From positions 1 to 58,693 of the IMG/VR virus record IMGVR_UViG_3300036900_000119: a stretch of DNA of 58,693 nucleotides; one strand, written 5' to 3'. This document shows, in pieces, positions 17,944 to 27,334 of the stretch. Position 1 is the stretch's first letter; the number at the start of each line of letters is the position of its first letter. Under the pieces are notes generated by a model. It saw nothing but the letters and a program-made list of their open reading frames with translations. It was not told the DNA's origin and did not search any database. This stretch comes from a virus. Lineage: Duplodnaviria > Caudoviricetes. Position numbers and translations under genes: made by a program.

Positions 17944-19098
17944 TCATCTAAACCCCAGCATGGTCGCCGGGAGCTTCTGCGTTTCATCGACGTAACTGTA
18001 AATCGCCGTTCGATCGCCGCTCATCCGGCGCTGCTCCGCGACGAGTAGTGGTATCGCGCCACCGCGATTGATTACCCGCTTCGCTCCGCGAGCGTTGCTT
18101 GGCGCTGCCGCCGTCCCGTAGAAGTTGAACATGAACCCCGCGTAATCGTGTTCCTCCTTCGCCTTCACGGCCATCATGGCGCTTTCGTAGGCGTCGAGGT
18201 TCTGGAGAATCAGCCAATCTCCCGGCGACCTCAGTTCGACGTGCTGGAGCGAAACCAGCGCTGTGATCGTGGTCGGACGCACGCTTTGCCCATTGTTCTG
18301 ATTCGTGCCGCAGCATCCACCTTGCACGCTCCGGAGTTGCTGGATGGTCGCCTGACGGTAGCTTGGACGTGTCTCGCCAGGCTGGTAATCCGCAAGTGCC
18401 CGTTCCGTGAGCGCCACGGTGTCGTAGGCGTAGGCGAGCACGCGTGCCGCAGTAACGTCCTTCTGCACCGCTACGGGAGCGCCAGGACCCCATACCGTCA
18501 CCGTATCCACGAAAGGCATGGCGAGTGTCACACGCTCCCCGTCCTGCATCACTCCGTCGATCATCGTGCGAACCCAAATGCCGTTGGCATCGCGCCCTTG
18601 GTAGATCAACTGCTTGCCCACATCGAGCGCGTTGGTCGGATACGATCGTATCGTCTGCGTGACGCCGCGAGTCGTAGAGAAGCTCGCCGCCGTGCCCGCC
18701 TTCATCTGCTGCTGCGGCCATCCTTGGGAGCAGTTGCCGAATTGATTGCGCCCCGTTGCGTTCACTGTGTTCGTGAAGCCGACGCCTTGGCCACCGAAGC
18801 CGCGAGAGGTTGAGGCTAAAATCCGAGTAAAGTTGTACCAGGCGTTGTTGGTGTCGATGTTGTTTCCGCACACCTGCACTTGTTCGACGACGGCGACTTC
18901 GCGGGGATACGTCAAACAACAGGTGTCGAAAAGACAGAAGCGTGCCTCTTGCACGCTGCCCCACCAACGTCCCTGATTCAAAAGAAGTGACTCGGCTTGG
19001 TTGAGCCATTGCAAAAAGCGAGCGTCCGATGGACAGACGTTCAAAACTGTAGGACAGCGGCTCCCTTGCAAATCCGAGACAGTTAATCGGGTTGACAT
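17944..19098 (-). CDS. Putative head-tail adaptor/tail tubular protein A
   Basis: LQWLNQAE..L...G.W N-terminal helix; Cys-rich; position in operon. Confidence 0.5.
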   Translation of the reverse strand: MSTRLTVSDLQGSRCPTVLNVCPSDARFLQWLNQAESLLLNQGRWWGSVQEARFCLFDTCCLTYPREVAVVEQVQVCGNNIDTNNAWYNFTRILASTSRGFGGQGVGFTNTVNATGRNQFGNCSQGWPQQQMKAGTAASFSTTRGVTQTIRSYPTNALDVGKQLIYQGRDANGIWVRTMIDGVMQDGERVTLAMPFVDTVTVWGPGAPVAVQKDVTAARVLAYAYDTVALTERALADYQPGETRPSYRQATIQQLRSVQGGCCGTNQNNGQSVRPTTITALVSLQHVELRSPGDWLILQNLDAYESAMMAVKAKEEHDYAGFMFNFYGTAAAPSNARGAKRVINRGGAIPLLVAEQRRMSGDRTAIYSYVDETQKLPATMLGFR

Positions 19099-19102
19099 AA
19101 AA

Positions 19103-19855
19103 TTAAGGGATCACGAAGAATTGTCTGCCGCTGGGCATAATCAAATATGTGCCGATCACAGGCGGCACGATAGAGAAAGGTGTCGGCGTCACTCCTGTCG
19201 CTCCGGTGCCCGATGGAAGCGTGAACAAGTTAACCGTCGTGTCCGGTCCCGTCCCGCTGCTGATGCCTTGCACCACCGCACCGTTATACGCAGGCACCGT
19301 GAAGTTTCCCAACGTGTTGAACCCGGCTGCACCACTGAGGTACTTGCCGAAACCATGAACGTGAGATCCTACCGCGCCGTTGGCCTCAGATAATGTGACC
19401 TCTCCTGATCCGTACTGCTCGCCGACAGTAAGCGTTTTTGGTCCCGTTGTCCCCGGAACATTCCCTGGACTCATAGGAACCCTTCCTTGAGCGGGGACGC
19501 ACTCAACCCACATTGGCCCACTCGTCGGCGTCACTGCTCCCGCGCTACCGCCGTCGTACGTCACAAGCTGCGTCAAGTCGCCCGACCACAGCCTGCGCTC
19601 GTTCGCGTTGTATCCATTAGGGCAACGCCACACGCCGTTGAACGTGAATATCAGGTTTCGGAACCCGGTGTTGATCCATGGATACGCCTGAAATTCAGGG
19701 GCGGGCTTGGTGTCGCCGATGTTGTAATACGTACGGCCGTTGGCTAGCACAGCCTTCTGGAGATTCGAGAAGTCGTTCAGCAACGCTTGCCATGTTGAAA
19801 AACAATACGAAGCCGGTAAAGAGCCTGCCTGAATTGGAAGCAAAATGTTTCCCAT
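19103..19855 (-). CDS. Tail collar-like structural protein
   Basis: GRVPM..G...GE..G...VTL......H.H...PF.I.PP collar-type pattern. Confidence 0.6.
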   Translation of the reverse strand: MGNILLPIQAGSLPASYCFSTWQALLNDFSNLQKAVLANGRTYYNIGDTKPAPEFQAYPWINTGFRNLIFTFNGVWRCPNGYNANERRLWSGDLTQLVTYDGGSAGAVTPTSGPMWVECVPAQGRVPMSPGNVPGTTGPKTLTVGEQYGSGEVTLSEANGAVGSHVHGFGKYLSGAAGFNTLGNFTVPAYNGAVVQGISSGTGPDTTVNLFTLPSGTGATGVTPTPFSIVPPVIGTYLIMPSGRQFFVIP

Positions 19856-19861
19856 AAATCC

Positions 19862-21547
19862 TTACTTGTAGAGCGGCATCTTGTAGAGGTTCGTGTCTCC
19901 GCGTACCGTTACTTCCACCCAATAGATTGGCGTTGCTGGAGTTGATGGGGTTGCGTTTGTGCTCCCGTATTCGATTTGGATGTCGGCACTTGCTAAATAG
20001 AAACGACGAAACGCGCTGCTCGTGGAACCGAGGTCGATTACCGCGTCAGTGGAAGGTACGATTCGATTGTTACTAAACGCTGTAAGCCCGACGCTGCCAT
20101 CAGCGATACCCCACTGCGAAGATGCGCTGCCACCAAGAAACTTTGATCCGTTTCCGCTGTCGTCAATCGAAACGATTGTGCTGCCAGCGACGTTGCCGCT
20201 TAACTTTAGGGTTTCGACGCCCGCGCTCGCGCTAAAACGCATCGCGTTGGTTCCGTTCCAGTCCCAGTCAAACGGGCGAGGGTTTCCTGCAATCCCACTT
20301 GCCTGCGAATCGAACACGACTGCGCCGTTGGTGCCACCGTGGGAGATGGCGAGGCGGGAATAGTTGGTGAATGGCAACGAGAACAATCCCGAAACGTAAA
20401 TCGTTCCCTCGTCCCACAAATCGCCGAACGAAACAAGCTTCGATCCGAGCGTGTGTCCGTGAACATTGCCGCTGAGATTGTTGCCGATAAGCTGGAGATT
20501 GGCAGTCGAGTTGCCGAAGATGAGCGAGGTTTTATTCGCGTTCACCTGTCCGTTGTCTGACGAATCGTTGACCACGAATGAAAGTTGACCTCCACCACCC
20601 GTTTGAAGGTTCACTCCTGCTGTACCGCCGCTATTAACCACGTCCAACGCCGTCCCGGATGGGTCAAGCACAACGTAGTTGGTTTCGCCAAACCCAAACT
20701 CAAGCTTGTTCGTCACCATCACGGGTTTCGACTTGTCAATCTGCTGGAGGATGCCCGCGATGTTCGTCCAATATCCTCCTCCCGGCAGCGGCGGAGGTTG
20801 ATTCAACTGCCACCTCCCAATCTCCCGCCAATCTGGCGACACGAAGCGCAAGATGCTCACCGAAGCGTTGGTGCTTACCCAATCCGTATCACCCAAGAGC
20901 TTCACCACGCCACCGCTCGCATTGTAAACGTGGCTGTTGTTGGGGAGCGTGAACGCGCCGTTGGTATCGAAGCTGTAAATCTCAAGAATTTGAATCGTGT
21001 TCGTGCCCGCGTCGAGCGCGAGGATCACTTGCGTGGCGTCGTTGGTTGGCGATTGAAGGATGAATTGCGAGCGCGTGCCCGCCTCGATTACGTTCGTACC
21101 AAGCGTGAGCGCCTGCGACTTGGACAACATGCTCACCGTGCCTCGCGTCACGAAGTTGGAGGCGTAAAGGTAGCTGTAACTGAGTGTCGGAACGGGTTCG
21201 AGGATGCTTACGCCACCTGCCACCGAGTTCGTCCAGAGCGCATCTCCCGATGGCGTCGATCCAGCCACCGACACAAACCATAAGCCAGAGGGCGAGAGCG
21301 GGTTGACGCTCGCAAATGGGCCACGATTGGCAATGTCGTTGGTCGCCGCCACACTCCCGCGTTCAAATGTAAAAATGCCACCGAGTCCGTCGGCGAATGT
21401 CGAGCCGCACACCACGAAGACGTTTGAGTTGATCGTGCTTGCGTTAAGGTAGATCAGGTCGTTGACAGAGTTGACGGTCCAAATCTGTGCGGCGTGCGTG
21501 TTTACCGCTGCTACCACCAACCCAAGGATTGAGAGTAATCGTTTCAT
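19862..21547 (-). CDS. Fibre/spike-like protein with signal peptide
   Basis: MKRLLSILGLVVAAVNTHA-A; DGLGGIF tailspike N-terminal-type domain; P.TD...DLG..S..FR..YL fibre motif. Confidence 0.65.
   Translation of the reverse strand: MKRLLSILGLVVAAVNTHAAQIWTVNSVNDLIYLNASTINSNVFVVCGSTFADGLGGIFTFERGSVAATNDIANRGPFASVNPLSPSGLWFVSVAGSTPSGDALWTNSVAGGVSILEPVPTLSYSYLYASNFVTRGTVSMLSKSQALTLGTNVIEAGTRSQFILQSPTNDATQVILALDAGTNTIQILEIYSFDTNGAFTLPNNSHVYNASGGVVKLLGDTDWVSTNASVSILRFVSPDWREIGRWQLNQPPPLPGGGYWTNIAGILQQIDKSKPVMVTNKLEFGFGETNYVVLDPSGTALDVVNSGGTAGVNLQTGGGGQLSFVVNDSSDNGQVNANKTSLIFGNSTANLQLIGNNLSGNVHGHTLGSKLVSFGDLWDEGTIYVSGLFSLPFTNYSRLAISHGGTNGAVVFDSQASGIAGNPRPFDWDWNGTNAMRFSASAGVETLKLSGNVAGSTIVSIDDSGNGSKFLGGSASSQWGIADGSVGLTAFSNNRIVPSTDAVIDLGSTSSAFRRFYLASADIQIEYGSTNATPSTPATPIYWVEVTVRGDTNLYKMPLYK
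21533..21547. repeat. 15-bp direct repeat, copy 1 (GAGTAATCGTTTCAT)
   Basis: Identical to 24001-24015. Confidence 0.9.
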
Positions 21548-24015
21548 CGAAGTAAAAATGTGAGCCCGCTCTGGTTGGCTGTGTATCCTGTCTTGCTCGC
21601 GTTGGCGGTCAACGTGGCCGTCCCTTTGCCTGCGCTGCTCGTGTTCACTGACCAAGACGCCGTGGCTGTTCCCGTCGAATCTGTCGTCGCGTTGAAGTAA
21701 CTGATGTGTCCCTTGGGCGTTACGAGCGTGAATACCACCGAGGCTCCTGCGATGGGCGCGGCGCTTACCGTCACTACCGCCTTGAAAGTCGCCTTCTGCT
21801 TGTTGATGTAACTCGTAGAATCCGTCGTGAGAGCAACTGCAAGCAATGGTGCGGTTGGTGGAGGAGAGGCCGTTGTCACCGTTATGTCTACGGTGTCCGA
21901 TGCGGTAAGCCCTCCCGAATCCTGCACCTGCGCCGTGATCGTGTGAGTACCCATCGAGGAAGGAGTATAAGATGTACCCGCTCCCGCCCCCAAATACCCG
22001 TCAATCGAATCGCGCCACGTAATGACACTCGAAAGGTCGCCGTCTTCCGTGTCGGACGCGACCCCGTTGGCCGTCACCTGCGTTCCTTGCGGCACCGACA
22101 ACCCCGCTCCGGGGTGCGCGATATACACGAGCGGAGGCGTGTTCGAGACGACGAGCGAACCTGTCGCGTAGACAGTCACGCTCGCGGTGCCTGTCAAGTT
22201 ACCACCGTTCTTGACGCTCGCCGTCACCACGTTGGTGCCGATGGGAAGCTGCCCTTGGAAGGTTGATCCCGTTCCAAGCTGTCCTCCAAGGTTGCTGCTC
22301 CATGATAGCGACGAAGCCACGTTGCCGTCGATGGCGTCTACCGCTGTCGCCGCGAACGGAACGAGGTTGGTGGCTGCGAAGGTGACGCCGTTGGTGGGCG
22401 CGGTAATCGTCACCACCGGAGCCGTCGTGTAAGGCGCGGTGCTCGCGGAGATCTGGAGGTAAGCATTGGCGACCGCCTTCAACCCTGCCGCGTTCGTGAC
22501 GCTAGCGATGATCGCGCAATAGCCGGTGCTCGAAATTGACGCGCTAAAGCTTCCCCCGGTGCCAATCTGGACGGGTGTGACCGAACCAAGCGCCGTCGCC
22601 GTTGGGCTAATCGCCGCCGTCCACACGAGCTTGGAGGTAATGTCACCAGCCACGGGGTCGCTCGCGGTCCCTACAAAGCTGATCGAGGTCGTCGTTTTGT
22701 AGCCCCAAATCGCGTTGCCGGTGTTGGGCGACGTAATCGTGACCACTGGATACAACCCTGGATTGATCGGGAACGTGTCCACGCGCACTAACCCTTCGGG
22801 GTTCTTCTCCAAGCGCCAGTTAGGGTTGGTGAAGTTCTTGCCCCACGCGCCTTGGGGTTCGGCACTGTTGATGAGTCCTTGTCGAATCGCGTAAACCTGC
22901 GCGGCGTTCGTCGCCCTTCCGTATTGGGCAATCCAGAGAGCCGCTGCCCCCGCGACGTGCGGGCACGCCATGCTTGTTCCGCTCAAGCTCGCATACCCGT
23001 TGTTCTTGTAGGTCGAGTAAATGTTGACTCCCGGTGCCGCGACATCAATCGCCTTACCAGGCGACGTGATAGGGTTGCTCGCATCGACGTTGATCGAGTA
23101 ATTCGAGAATGTTGCGAGTGTGTCGTCGTAACCGTAGGACGTGGCTATTCCTAGCCCACCTGGAATACCGTCGCTGTCGGCCAATGCGCTCACTGTGCAT
23201 ACCTCAGGGTAGGAGGCGGGAAAGAAGTCATCGCTTGTTCCAAGCACGTTGTCCCCTCCGTAAATGTCGAAGGAGGAATTTCCTGCCGCCACAACGTAAA
23301 CGACACCAGTGCCCACGCTTGATTGAATGGCGCTGCGAAGGGCTGAACTGTCTCCCTGGCCTCCGATACTCATGCTGGCGACCTGAATCTGAGAGGCGTT
23401 CTGAGTCACCCAATCAACACCGCTGATGATCTGCGATAGCGCCCCGCTTCCGCTCGCATCGAGCACCTTAACGGCCCACAACCTTGCCCCCGGTGCCACT
23501 CCGACTACGCCAATCGTGTTGTTGATGGCTGCGGCGATGCCCGCGCAATGGGAACCGTGCCCGTTGTCATCGTTCGCGGTGAGTGTGTTGGCTACGAAAG
23601 TGACTTGCCGATTCGTGCTCACGTTCAAGTCTGGGTGCGTGAGGTCGATGCCAGTGTCGATGATGGCAATGTCGGCGTTTACCGCGTTCGTGTTGGAAAG
23701 GATGTGCGCGAACGAGTTTGATAGCGTCCCGATGCGCTGAACGCCTGTCGGCACCACCTGCGAGAACATCGTCACCGTAACGTCCGGTTCAACTGTCTTG
23801 ACGCGGGTATCGCGATTCAATCGGGAAACTTGGTTGTCGTTCAAATCCGATGCGAACCCTTTTAGGGCGTGTGTCCACCGATGTTTCATTCCGAGGCCGT
23901 GAAACCGTGCGACGGCATCTGGATCGGTGCTGTCGTCGAGTTGAATCACGTAAGGCGCGGCACTCAACCGAAAAGCCACAGCCACCAGCAGAACCGTTGC
24001 GAGTAATCGTTTCAT
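21544..24015 (-). CDS. Secreted S8 subtilisin-family serine protease with prodomain and Ig-like repeats
   Basis: Signal peptide; IIDTGID, HGSHCAG and GTSMA triad motifs intact; repeated PVVTI..P...A.D..DG domains. Confidence 0.95.
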   Translation of the reverse strand: MKRLLATVLLVAVAFRLSAAPYVIQLDDSTDPDAVARFHGLGMKHRWTHALKGFASDLNDNQVSRLNRDTRVKTVEPDVTVTMFSQVVPTGVQRIGTLSNSFAHILSNTNAVNADIAIIDTGIDLTHPDLNVSTNRQVTFVANTLTANDDNGHGSHCAGIAAAINNTIGVVGVAPGARLWAVKVLDASGSGALSQIISGVDWVTQNASQIQVASMSIGGQGDSSALRSAIQSSVGTGVVYVVAAGNSSFDIYGGDNVLGTSDDFFPASYPEVCTVSALADSDGIPGGLGIATSYGYDDTLATFSNYSINVDASNPITSPGKAIDVAAPGVNIYSTYKNNGYASLSGTSMACPHVAGAAALWIAQYGRATNAAQVYAIRQGLINSAEPQGAWGKNFTNPNWRLEKNPEGLVRVDTFPINPGLYPVVTITSPNTGNAIWGYKTTTSISFVGTASDPVAGDITSKLVWTAAISPTATALGSVTPVQIGTGGSFSASISSTGYCAIIASVTNAAGLKAVANAYLQISASTAPYTTAPVVTITAPTNGVTFAATNLVPFAATAVDAIDGNVASSLSWSSNLGGQLGTGSTFQGQLPIGTNVVTASVKNGGNLTGTASVTVYATGSLVVSNTPPLVYIAHPGAGLSVPQGTQVTANGVASDTEDGDLSSVITWRDSIDGYLGAGAGTSYTPSSMGTHTITAQVQDSGGLTASDTVDITVTTASPPPTAPLLAVALTTDSTSYINKQKATFKAVVTVSAAPIAGASVVFTLVTPKGHISYFNATTDSTGTATASWSVNTSSAGKGTATLTANASKTGYTANQSGLTFLLR
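24001..24015. repeat. 15-bp direct repeat, copy 2
   Basis: Identical to 21533-21547. Confidence 0.9.
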
Positions 24016-24686
24016 TGTTCGTTCCATCTTCCAGGGGTTATCGGCGCATAACTGAGGGGCATTATCACGCTTATTCCGTCATCAGGGTTAAGGTCTGCCG
24101 CGTTCCACCAATAGTTCCTGCCCTGCCCGTCACCCGGAGCCAAGTTCCCCCACGTCGTCGCCCAAGTGGAAAAGGCGTTGGGCGTTATCAACCTAAGCTC
24201 GGCGACGGTCGGAACCGCAAACAGTCCAGTGTTGAGCGACGGGTTAATGGGCACCCAAACAAGGCCAACGGTGTCCCAGACCCACGATTGGCTCGTCGTG
24301 GTGTCAATCCAAAGCGTGGGAACGGTGGGAATTGCAGGAGGCGCACTCGGAGAACCGTTCGTTATGACCAAACCCCACCCGTTGAGGACGATGTTCGTGA
24401 TGAATAGATTCGTCGAGTAGATGTTGGTCGCGTAAAGGTTGATGACGTAAATGTTGGTGGCGCTGATCGTCCCGCGTCCCTTGAATATGTCTGCCGTAGA
24501 AGCCCTGAACGTGTCGTTCGTCGTTCGCCCAGGATATGGCTGAATGAGCGGGAAATAGGCGGTATCTAGGACGTTCGTCGTAAGGGGTAATTGCGATATG
24601 GGTATGTTGTTCGTGACGAAGGCGCGTGCGCTCAAGGAGAGCACGATAGCGAGCCAAAGCCAAATGAGTTTGTCTGTGAGTTTCAT
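24012..24686 (-). CDS. Short fibre/adaptor-like protein with signal peptide
   Basis: MKLTDKLIWLWLAIVLSLSARA-F; ISQLP motif; C-terminal GDGQG..Y.W...DDG..VI...GRW tailspike N-terminal-type domain. Confidence 0.65.
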   Translation of the reverse strand: MKLTDKLIWLWLAIVLSLSARAFVTNNIPISQLPLTTNVLDTAYFPLIQPYPGRTTNDTFRASTADIFKGRGTISATNIYVINLYATNIYSTNLFITNIVLNGWGLVITNGSPSAPPAIPTVPTLWIDTTTSQSWVWDTVGLVWVPINPSLNTGLFAVPTVAELRLITPNAFSTWATTWGNLAPGDGQGRNYWWNAADLNPDDGISVIMPLSYAPITPGRWNEQ

Positions 24687-24688
24687 AA

Positions 24689-27331
24689 TTACGGACACCA
24701 CTCCACAACTAATTTATAATCTAAGTTAATGGCACCTATGTATCCTCCTGATTGATTAGGGAATACGGCGGTAGCGAAGAAACCTTTTCCGCTCGTTGGC
24801 AACAAATACCAAACAACGCGTGCCTGCGAGTAAGGTGTGCCGCTGGCCAAGAAGTTAGCCCAAACGGCATCCGTCCATGCCTGCAAACATCCCGGAGCGC
24901 CGTTGGTGTTAACGTAATCAGTTGGATCTGCGACGTTCGGCACGCCAACATATCCAGCAAGTGGTGGGCTTTGGAGGAAGTCCACGACTTGAAGCGGCGA
25001 CAGGTCGAACCCGTCTCCAACGCAAGGGAACGGGGCTGGCACTGGCCACACGGGAGGAACATTCGGCGCAGGAGGAGGCGGGTTCGGAGGCGGTGAACCA
25101 GGAGGCACTGGTAGCTGGTCCTCAGTGCGTATCCCAGGGCTTCCAGGTTCTTCAACGATAGGCGTCCCGCCCTCGGTGATGATGGATGGCACGTTTGATC
25201 CCCCAGGTGGTCCAGGAGGTCCCGGTGGGGTCGGAGGCGGTATCGGTGGAACTTGGCCGCACCCGTCCACGCTGTAACCAAACCAAGGCTCGTCGCACCC
25301 CTTGAGCAGCGTGCAATCCTCGGTGGTAGGGCAGCCCTGAACGACGCTATCGGACATCTCCGCTGACCACGTATGAACGCGGTTCCATTGCAAGAAACCT
25401 TTCCACCACATGTACAGTTGAAACTCGTATCCCGTCCTAGGGCTTCTCCGTGTGATCGGTGAGCATGGCGTGTCGCTTGGGTCCGGCAATCTGACGTAGG
25501 TGCGATACTGCTCCTTAACGTCCTGAAAGGTGGGGCAATCGGCGGTTCTGCAATCGTGGATCGGAGCGCAAAGCTGGAATTCGTGCCAACTATTCCAGAA
25601 CGGATCTTCGTCGCTGCGATACTTGAACATGATCGTCACGTCGTCGTTGCCAGCGAGGCGGTCCAAGTAAAGGTCAGCGCACAAGAGGCGCTTCAACTTG
25701 TTGCCATTGTCACTCCATCCCATCGAGCGCGTCTCGATAACCGATTCCGTGGCTACGTCCTGCGTGCCGTCCCAATCGAAGTAGCCTTGCTCGTCGCGCA
25801 GAAGCTCCCAGAGCTGAATGTCGTTATCGCACCCGATGGCGAACGCGAAGCAACGATCCACGCCGTTGAACGTGCCCTTGATGATCTTGAGGATGCGAAC
25901 GCCCGTCCAAAGCCCGTCGTAGCACGGTTGCGAGCGCGTCGTGAGCGTGCTCACGTTGTTGAAGTCCAGCGCGATCAATCCACGGCAAGCCACGCCGCGC
26001 CCGTCAATCGTGAACGGCGCGCACCCCATGAGCAGCCGATTGTTGAATAGGACGCCGCTGATATTACCAAGCAACTGCTGCGTGTCGCGCAAGAGCACCC
26101 TTTCCATCTCCACGCTCAAGGGTGTATTCACCCAAGTCCCAATGTCCCTGCGCCCGACTTGGTAGGATCGAATCCCGTCGATGCTGCGATACCACAAGTC
26201 GCCATTGACCGTCACAAGAGCGTTCTGCCCTGTCGTGCCGTAATTGGGAAGGCTCACCACAACCAATGGCGATTGGCTCTGGAACCAGAGCGCCCTGTCC
26301 AGCGGCACGTTCACGCTGAACACGGAGTTGTGCGTCATCACGACGAGCGAGCCTTGGCCGAGGCTCGTGTCCATGACCGCCGTTGTGCCCATGCCGGTGA
26401 TCGGTCCTGCGCTCACGGGCACCGAGAAAGGCGCACCACCGCTGAAAAGGGAAAGCTCCTGCGTTTGGAGCACCGCCGATCTTCCATCGTAGCCGTCCGT
26501 GAACCCGTGCGTGTAAACCAAGTCCCCCGCCATGTAGCTGTTGCTTGGTCCTTGGTTGGTCCCGGCAAGCACCATCCACACGCGTCCTTGGACATAGACG
26601 CCCATGCACCCCGCTGGCAGTTCGTTTCCAGCCTGCCCAAGAGAACGCCGCGTGCTTGCCCCGTCGAAGAACAAAGGATCAGCCGCACCATTCTGGACGA
26701 TCAAGAAATCCTCGGCTTGCCACATCCATGCGTTAGGATTGGTGGCGTCGTTCAAATCGCTGTAGATGACGGTGGCACCTGCCACCACGACGCCCGTTGC
26801 TATCCCGTCCACGTTCGACACCTCCAAGTGCGAGCTGTCGATGATCGAAACGACGATGTAATTAGCGCCCGCAATGATGATGCGCGTGTTCGGTTGGAAA
26901 CCCGTGGTGGAAGTCACCGGCACCGTCACGTTTGTTCCGATGGCTGGAATTGTGAACCCCGGCGCAATTACGGTTGTGGTCTTGTTTACGGAAATGTCAT
27001 CAACGGTGTTGCTTCCGTCGCCTACGAGATAGCGGAACAGCCTGCCTCCGATGCTCGCCACAAGGCAGCTATCACCACCACCGAATGCCTGATAAAAACT
27101 CGCGTCCTGAAATAGTGCCTGCGTGGCGTTGGCTTGCGTGGAGGCGTCAGGAAACGTGAGCGCGAGTCGGCGATAAAGAGGACGTGTTCGAGGAAGCCCG
27201 TTGCGGAACGTGACGTTGATGGCGAACGCGACTTGATCCTGAGGAAGTAGGCGAGGTTGCACTCCAGAATGCATTCCGGAGCGAATGATACTCACCCCAT
27301 CTGCTGTTGCTCCTGTAGACGGAGGAGGCAC
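24689..27331 (-). CDS. Putative tail nozzle/tail tubular protein B
   Basis: 880 aa; GM.SG..P.LL....A.N start; beta-rich; Pro-rich C-terminal extension. Confidence 0.65.
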   Translation of the reverse strand: MPPPSTGATADGVSIIRSGMHSGVQPRLLPQDQVAFAINVTFRNGLPRTRPLYRRLALTFPDASTQANATQALFQDASFYQAFGGGDSCLVASIGGRLFRYLVGDGSNTVDDISVNKTTTVIAPGFTIPAIGTNVTVPVTSTTGFQPNTRIIIAGANYIVVSIIDSSHLEVSNVDGIATGVVVAGATVIYSDLNDATNPNAWMWQAEDFLIVQNGAADPLFFDGASTRRSLGQAGNELPAGCMGVYVQGRVWMVLAGTNQGPSNSYMAGDLVYTHGFTDGYDGRSAVLQTQELSLFSGGAPFSVPVSAGPITGMGTTAVMDTSLGQGSLVVMTHNSVFSVNVPLDRALWFQSQSPLVVVSLPNYGTTGQNALVTVNGDLWYRSIDGIRSYQVGRRDIGTWVNTPLSVEMERVLLRDTQQLLGNISGVLFNNRLLMGCAPFTIDGRGVACRGLIALDFNNVSTLTTRSQPCYDGLWTGVRILKIIKGTFNGVDRCFAFAIGCDNDIQLWELLRDEQGYFDWDGTQDVATESVIETRSMGWSDNGNKLKRLLCADLYLDRLAGNDDVTIMFKYRSDEDPFWNSWHEFQLCAPIHDCRTADCPTFQDVKEQYRTYVRLPDPSDTPCSPITRRSPRTGYEFQLYMWWKGFLQWNRVHTWSAEMSDSVVQGCPTTEDCTLLKGCDEPWFGYSVDGCGQVPPIPPPTPPGPPGPPGGSNVPSIITEGGTPIVEEPGSPGIRTEDQLPVPPGSPPPNPPPPAPNVPPVWPVPAPFPCVGDGFDLSPLQVVDFLQSPPLAGYVGVPNVADPTDYVNTNGAPGCLQAWTDAVWANFLASGTPYSQARVVWYLLPTSGKGFFATAVFPNQSGGYIGAINLDYKLVVEWCP

Positions 27332-27334
27332 GGC

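Noticed and set aside
17984-19009. Long alternate-frame or antisense ORFs (also 26159-27115, 29894-30799, 38632-39765, 41961-43295)
   Set aside because: Expected shadows of GC-rich genes with biased codons; the overlapping frames carry the real motifs
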